Shown here: in pieces, positions 56,797 through 64,000 of the stretch | Position numbering within the stretch: the stretch's first letter is position 1 | Layout: each line of letters opens with the position of its first letter | Source of the DNA: Eledone cirrhosa | Taxonomy: Eukaryota | NCBI GenBank assembly: GCA_964016885.1 | Contig: OZ024743.1 | Coordinates: 302,002,001 to 302,066,000 of the forward strand | Reading direction: 5' to 3' | DNA length: 64,000 nt | The notes under the pieces: generated by a model | Told to the model about the DNA's origin: nothing | The model's input: only the letters and a program-made list of their open reading frames with translations | Databases searched by the model: none | Translations under genes and position numbers: made by a program

Positions 56797-56866
56797 ACAA
56801 CCGGGTTTATACACATATACATACATATACACACACAAACATACATATATATACACATACACATAC

Positions 56867-56917
<51 letters not shown>

Positions 56918-57145
56918 CATATATACATATACATATATATATACATATACACACAAAAATACATACACATACACATAGGTATGTGAAGGGCAAAACAAAA
57001 AGAATATAAAGGGGGGGGGGGCATAAGAGGAGGTAAAATATAAGGGGAGGTAAGGGAGAAAAATGTTTTTTAAATATACAAGAGTACAGAACGTACAATC
57101 AGCAAAATAAAAACCGTAGCAGAAGTAAAGAGCAGAGAAAGGAGT

Positions 57146-58190
57146 TCAGGGCGGTTGGTTTATCATAGAAGTGTTAATCCAGTTACAGATCAGATGCGAT
57201 TTCAGAGGAGGACAGCATCTGAAGATCTCAGTCTTTGAGTTAAGGCAATCGGAAGTGGCTCTCAAGTTTAGCAAAATCCTATACTTTTCGGTGGTACACA
57301 AAGAACAATTCTTTGTGCTCCTTTGGTATTCCCTCGAATGGTCTAATATAGACCAATCAATAGAGTACGGGATGTTACTATCCTTGAGATCCCATACCTT
57401 ACTTGCGAGGGCCGTTGATGTTCGTTTATCGGAGTGCTTAAAAGAAGCGACATGTGAGTAAAATCTGATTTTAAACCTGTCCTGGGTCATACCGACATAT
57501 CGCTCACTCCTGGCTGTCTGGTTGTTGATTACTGGCGTTATCTTAGCCTCATAAACGACAGATTTTGTGTTACATTTACCCTGCAATGGGCATTCATCCG
57601 GCTTCCTGCAACTGCATCCTGGATTTATTCTCGTACGGTTTGAACTGGTGATTTTGGACTTCATAGATGGGCAACAAGAGTAGCTGATCTTAACTACATT
57701 CCTATTAAAAATCTTATAATATCTATGATTACGAGGAACATGTTTGTCTAATAGTTGAAGGAATTTCCTTCCTACATTAGTTTTGACAGTTAGAGAGAAG
57801 GGGGGTGTGAAACAAATAATCTTCCTTTTCCTGTTATTATGGTTAGTTTTAGGGGGGGGGGGGGGGAGTAGGTAAATAAGAATTTTTTTCTGTAAAACCG
57901 CTGTTCTTAAGGGCTTTATTATAATATGGGTCGGCTTTATTAAAAATGTCTATAAACGAAGATAAGGTAGAAATCCCACGGCTAATGTTAGGAATAAGAT
58001 TATTAAAAACTATAGGGGGATGGCAAGACTCTTTGTGTATATACCTAAGATTTTCATTAGGTTTATGATAGGGTTTAAAAGAGGCAGTAAGTAGATCAAG
58101 ATTAATATCAATAAAGTTAGCATTAGTAGGGTTCGTATCTATAGTAATTTTAAGGTTAAGATTAGCAAAAGTATTGATTAAATCTTTACG
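57146..58190 (-). pseudogene. PLE RT thumb + linker + GIY-YIG endonuclease (5'-truncated; 57146-57664 open)
   Basis: FIDINLDL..KPYHKPN..HPP; RKRKIICFTPPFS..NRNVVKISYSC; CSCRKPDECPLQGKC, SVVY..YVGMT..FKIRF..H, CSLCTTEK, LNSKTEI. Confidence 0.9.
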
Positions 58191-58194
58191 GAAT

Positions 58195-58625
58195 TTTTGC
58201 TTTTAAGAATTTTTGCTTTAAAGAAACCACTGGTGAATGGAATAATTGCCTTATGTTGTTTTACACATACACACATGTATACGTGTGCGTGTTTGTGTAT
58301 GTATGTGTATGTATGTGTTTATGTATTTGTATATGTATATTTATGTGTGAGAGTGTGTGTATGTGTTTACTATTTCGTACGTATGTATACATACTTACCA
58401 CGCGTGTCTGTCCTGTTAGCTGGTTCATGTAACGGTGTCAACAATTTTTTAATATATATATATATATATATTTTTCTTATATTTATTTGCGTGTGTGAAT
58501 ATGTAGAGGAGTGCATTCATGTATGTATATGTATGTACGTTTTGTATGTTTGTGTGAATGTATGTATGTATATGTGTGTGTGTATGGCTATGTTTGTGTA
58601 TGTGTATGCTTGTACACACACATGT

Positions 58626-58669
<44 letters not shown>

Positions 58670-59107
58670 ATACATATATATATGTGTGTGTATGTGTGTG
58701 TGTGTGTGTGTGTGTGGGTGTGTGTGTGTGTGTGTATGTATGTATGAATGTATGTATGTGTATATGTGTATATATGTGTATGTGTATGTAAGGGTACGTT
58801 TTATCTATATGTGTATATGTATATATGTATGCGTACATATATATATGTATATATGTATGTATGTGTAAGTATGCTTTTGTGTTGTTTTTTTTGTGTGTGT
58901 GTTTGCATGTGTAGTTTTATTTTATGTTTCCTTTCCTTCTCCCTTCTCCAGCCTCACTTTCATATAGATTGCATTTTTGTTTTTTAAAATCCAAATTCAA
59001 TAAACAAACCAGGATTTTTTTCATTCTGAGGATTGAAAGCAAAACCTTTTGCTTTTAAGAAACCACTGGTAAATGGAATAATTGCCTTATGTTGTTTATT
59101 ACATAAT

Positions 59108-59110
<3 letters not shown>
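58195..59110 (+). repeat. Inverted family H pseudo-LTR (836-nt HHR-to-HHR unit) at the PLE 5' truncation point
   Basis: Begins with a 3'-half HHR (58211-58242) and ends with a full HHR (59019-59078). Confidence 0.82.
59019..59078 (+). ncRNA. Intact type I hammerhead (family H)
   Basis: Stem I TTTCATT/AATGGAA; CTGAGGA 59026-59032; stem II TTGAAAGCAAAA-cc-TTTTGCTTTTAA; GAAAC-CACTG-GTA (near-palindromic stem III); cleavage predicted after 59071. Confidence 0.88.
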
Positions 59111-59163
<53 letters not shown>

Positions 59164-59164
59164 A

Positions 59165-59780
59165 TACATATATCCAAAATTAAATTAAGGGAGTCATGTC
59201 CGAGACATGAGCCATATCCACCGTAGAATAAGCTCAAAATTCCAATGAATAGATCCGAGCATTTTATATCAACTAAAAATTGATTGACATATATATATCT
59301 AAAATAAACACATGAAACACTCCCAGGGGCTAATTTGTAAAGTTTTTAAGCACACCCAGCTAGGTAGGAAACTAATTAAAATGTAACTAGAAATATAGAT
59401 ACCTTTTAAAATGATTAATCTTCTTTCTATATATTTCATTAAAGAAATATATTTCACCATTAATCCGTAAACTCAGAGTAGACAAACCGAATTTCAGCAA
59501 GGGAGAAGATTTAACAATCTGTGTTTACACATCAAATGGAAATCTGCGAATGACCCGTCGCACGTGTTGCATTTTTAAAACTACACACATCGTACCAGCG
59601 TCATCCCAGGGGCGTGAATAGGATTATCGAGAGCTAGAATAGCAGCCGAGTCCTTTTAACTGAGTTAGATCTACAATTAAGGGGCCGTATACATATCCAA
59701 AATTAAATTAAGGGAGTCATGTCCGAGACATGCACCATATCCACCGTAGAATAAGCTCAAAGATTCCAATGAATAGATCT
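59165..59780. repeat. ~90-bp direct repeats about 520 bp apart
   Basis: atatccaaaattaaattaagggagtcatgtccgagacatg... at ~59170 and ~59693. Confidence 0.8.
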
Positions 59781-59862
59781 GATCGGTCGAAGGCTAAAGG
59801 AATAGGGTGGGGAGTTCTGGCCCTGGGGGGTATGTAGGGTGAAGATGGTGCGTTGTTCGACC

Positions 59863-59922
<60 letters not shown>

Positions 59923-59934
59923 TTACATATAGGA

Positions 59935-60270
59935 ATTGTGACAACTTCGGTCACGAAGGGCAATGAGATTTACACCAGTAAAGTTCCCTTCCGTAGCACA
60001 AGAGCGGTAAAGGTTGTGTTTGGATGACCAGCAATCAGCCATGTATATCAGCTCCCCTCATAACACAACCGATGCTGTCCAAGGAAAAGCAACAGCCGAT
60101 ACAGCTTGGCACAAATGACGTCGCGACTCATTTCTCTAGCTGAGTAAACTGGAACAACGTGAAACAAAGTGTATTGCTCACGAACACAACACTAAGCTCG
60201 GTATGTGAATTGAACTCATAACCACACCGTTGTAAGCCGACGCTCTAACCATTAGGCGGTACGCTTTCAC
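59935..60270 (-). mobile_element. tRNA-derived SINE
   Basis: Minus-strand head has box A (cctaatggttagagcg) and box B (gagttcaattc), followed by a gtgttgtgttc.tgagcaa.acactt..ttcacgttg.tccagtt.actcagct central domain. Confidence 0.75.
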
Positions 60271-60354
60271 ATATATGCATACTAACATATATACACATGC
60301 GGATACACACACATACGCACACATATATGTATATGTATATGTATATGTGTATCA

Positions 60355-60416
<62 letters not shown>

Positions 60417-60614
60417 TTATATTTATATATTGATACACGCACACACATACCCCCCCCCCCCCATATATATATATATTTATATATTTATTTCATTCTTCTG
60501 GAGAAGAACTAGCGCCCGAAACGTTAGTAACCTCTTTCTGCTATATCAAGCGTTCACATAATATATCCCTACCATATACTGTACCGATTATGCTGTTATT
60601 TCTGTTTTCCTTTA

Positions 60615-60689
<75 letters not shown>

Positions 60690-61341
60690 TACATGTCTTT
60701 GTTTTCGCATGTACCGGTATATCCAGTGAATTGACTATTTATAAACCTACATACCTGCCTATACACATAAGCACGTACTCATATGCTGATCATCGTTCCT
60801 ACAAACACACACATATCGAAGCATCGGTTTAATGTATAGCATACCAAATTTACATCTAATTATTTTGGAGGAAAATTAGATGGTTTACATAAATCCGATA
60901 ATGTTGATTAATTACTGAGTTAGTTTCCTGTATGTGATATAATTGGAAGATTTCTTGAACGAAGTATGCGAGTATAAAAAATGTTATAACTGACAATATT
61001 TTAAGAAAATACAGCATCACAGAAACCTCCCACTGGATTATACAATCAATTTCCAGGAGGTCCAGGTACATTCTTTTATTTAACCTGTTTAGCTTGCTTC
61101 CTTTTATTCGCTCCGGTGGCCGATAGGTTCATGACCGCCGTTTTCAGTGTGTATGGCCACTATAACATTGAGCGCTTGTCGCGTATCTCGAAAACTGCGT
61201 TTCGCTTTGTTTTAGACCACAGCCGAAATAGGATCTCGCTGAAATTATATTTATATATATAACGAACGAACAGCGGTAAGGAACGAGATGGACCATAACG
61301 CACCAGAGTACTCAATACTTAGGGTAGTAGAGTGGGTAAGA

Positions 61342-61428
61342 GGAAAATGTTCAAGACCCCGACGGCAGAGCTCAAGCCGTTTCGGTCGAAACGGCTTGAG
61401 CTCTGCCGTCGGGGCCTTGAACATTTCC
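61342..61428. repeat. Near-perfect 87-bp palindrome made of two family A hammerhead 3' halves
   Basis: Arms 61342-61384 and 61387-61428 with a 2-nt spacer; 61264-61384 is the reverse complement of 37494-37610. Confidence 0.9.
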
Positions 61429-61534
61429 TATATATATATATATATATATATATTAATATCTTCTTATATATATATTTTTTTTCCTATCTCTCTCTCTATA
61501 TATATATCTATATATCTATAAACAAATTCAGAAA

Positions 61535-61601
<67 letters not shown>

Positions 61602-61606
<5 letters not shown>

Positions 61607-62830
61607 TAATAAATTTGAAGACTAAAATCCAAAGAGGGCTCGATAAGGATAAATATATATAAAATATATAGGAACCGTAGAGCAAATATTTATTAAAATA
61701 ACAGATTAAAGTTTAAGCAAAGAATCGCTGCTTTCACCCTTAACGGGATCTTCTGAAACTAACAAAGTCAATCTGTAAACGCACAAGTGGATATTTCAAA
61801 GAACGTTACAAGCGGAGTAAGACAGGAAGACGATACTTTGGTTCGTGGAAACGTTCCCTGGCAAAGAACGGGAAAAAACGAATATAATACGTCATTAATA
61901 GCAGCGGCGAAAAACAATTACGCGCAAAGACAGAACCACGTTTATGGTATGAAAGAAGTCGTAGACTAACGTTCTCTTAGGTGGTTCACAGAAACGTTCT
62001 CTGGCAATGAACGGAAAAAATATTTTGTGGTACATATGTTTTGGTTATGTGTATACGGGAGTTTTGCGTCTGCGTGTGTATGCAGGTTCGTACGTATGTA
62101 GGGTGTGTGTATATGTGTACTTCATGTTTTGGCTGACTTACGTCTCCTAATATTTGTGTATTTACATGTAGGTATGTGGGTGCGCTTGTTATATACGTAT
62201 TTATTTATTTATATACGTTTATTTAATTATTTATTTGTATACACGCACACACAAACACACACATATTTATTTGTGCGTGGTTTTGTATACCTATGGCAAG
62301 TGTTTGCGTATGCTTGTGTATGTACGTATTTGAATGTGTGTATGCATTTATTCATTTAATTTCTATTACCCATGTATTGTATTTATTTACTTTATTCTTA
62401 ACTCTGAAGCGGAGATTCATTCGGTTTCCTAGTTAGAATTTACGTGGTTTTGTCTTTGCGTACAATTGTTCTCCACGCTCCACATATGACGTATTATTCT
62501 CGTGTTTTTCGTTCATGGCCAGAGAACGTCTCTATGAATCACCTAAGAGAACATTAGTCTACGACTTCTTTTATACCATAAATGTGGTTCTGTTTTTGCG
62601 CGTAATTGTTTTTCACCGCTCCTATTAATGACGTATTATATTCGTTATTTTCCCGTTCTTTGCCAGGGAACGTTTCCACGGACCAAAGTATCGTTTTCCT
62701 GTTTTCCTCCGGTTGCAACGTTTTTTGAAATATCCACTTCTGCGTTTACAGATTGACTTTGTTAGTTTCAGAAGATCCCGTTAAGGGTGAAAGCAGCGGT
62801 TCTTTGTTTAAACTTTAATCTATTATTTTA

Positions 62831-62836
<6 letters not shown>
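61602..62836. repeat. Family B pseudo-LTR inverted pair (HHR-like motifs at 61710-61760 minus and 62764-62814 plus)
   Basis: Matches 49930-50765 in both orientations. Confidence 0.88.
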
Positions 62837-62903
<67 letters not shown>

Positions 62904-63049
62904 TAAATTGAAACTATATTTATAAAACCATATTTATTCTATTATATACATTTCAAGGGTAGCAAAACTATGGTACGGTCTCATCAGATAAAATACAAAG
63001 TTTGTTTTATAAATATTGACATACCCAGGAATGAGTCCTTAATGGTTGA

Positions 63050-63358
<309 letters not shown>

Positions 63359-63522
63359 ATATATATATTATATATACATATATATCATTTTCATAAGTTG
63401 TAATCTGACCATATTCCGAGTAGTTAACGGTGATCTCGATAGATAAAAAAAAACACTCGAAGTCTTCTAGTAATCCAAGCTTTTGTTGGTACCCAATGGC
63501 GGAATATACAAGTATACGTATA

Positions 63523-63591
<69 letters not shown>

Positions 63592-64000
63592 GGTCGGCCA
63601 GCTAGTTGGAAACTCGTGGCATGCCGTCCTTCGTATCGATAATCTTTTGAAGTTGCCTGTTTTATTTGTGAATGCTATATGAATATATTTTTGCCATTCA
63701 GTGATATTTCCTTGAGGGCGAGTGACATTTAGAATCAAAATAGGAATAGAGGCCTCGTCGTAATAATGTTTTACCGTAATATAATCTAATAATCTGGCAT
63801 GTAAACCCACTGAACAGAAAAAATGGCTTTTAACATGCATGTACATACACACACTCAGAGGCAGACACGCACTGACACACATACACAAGCACATACCAAC
63901 ACACACAACTATCTAGCTCTCTATATATATACAGTATGTGTGTGTGTGGCTGTGTATGTGTGTGTGGGTGGGTATGTGTTTGGGTGTGAGGGTGTGTGTT

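Noticed and set aside
59180-59215. GGA gtcatg TCC GAGAC ATG as a hammerhead in the 520-bp repeat
   Set aside because: No CUGANGA core, and GAAA is broken in both copies.

Overview
AT-rich eukaryotic DNA saturated with (TA)n, (CA)n and (TAA)n microsatellites. The SINE-like pieces resemble octopod SINEs, so a cephalopod host is inferred but not proven. No host protein-coding gene could be supported, and most ORF-track entries are translated microsatellites. Real coding content is all retroelement. (1) A (TAA)n-embedded tandem cluster of R4/Dong-clade RLE non-LTR retrotransposons spans 19.2-29.6 kb, with one intact 1130-aa RT + CCHC + restriction-like endonuclease ORF; two more decayed R4-type fragments lie elsewhere. 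(2) There are Penelope-like element (PLE) RT and GIY-YIG fragments. (3) There are RTE-derived non-autonomous elements, SINEs and a non-autonomous Helitron. The main signal is non-coding: reading both strands shows more than 25 type I hammerhead ribozyme (HHR) motifs or half-motifs from about 10 sequence families. Several look intact (15126, 15596, 48678, 49475, 52220, 59019). They sit in ~470-840 bp tandem or inverted repeats that look like PLE pseudo-LTRs or retrozymes. One abundant family carries a fixed non-canonical CAGAAGA core, and inversion junctions repeatedly fall inside or next to the ribozyme. All RNA structures were paired by eye, not computed.
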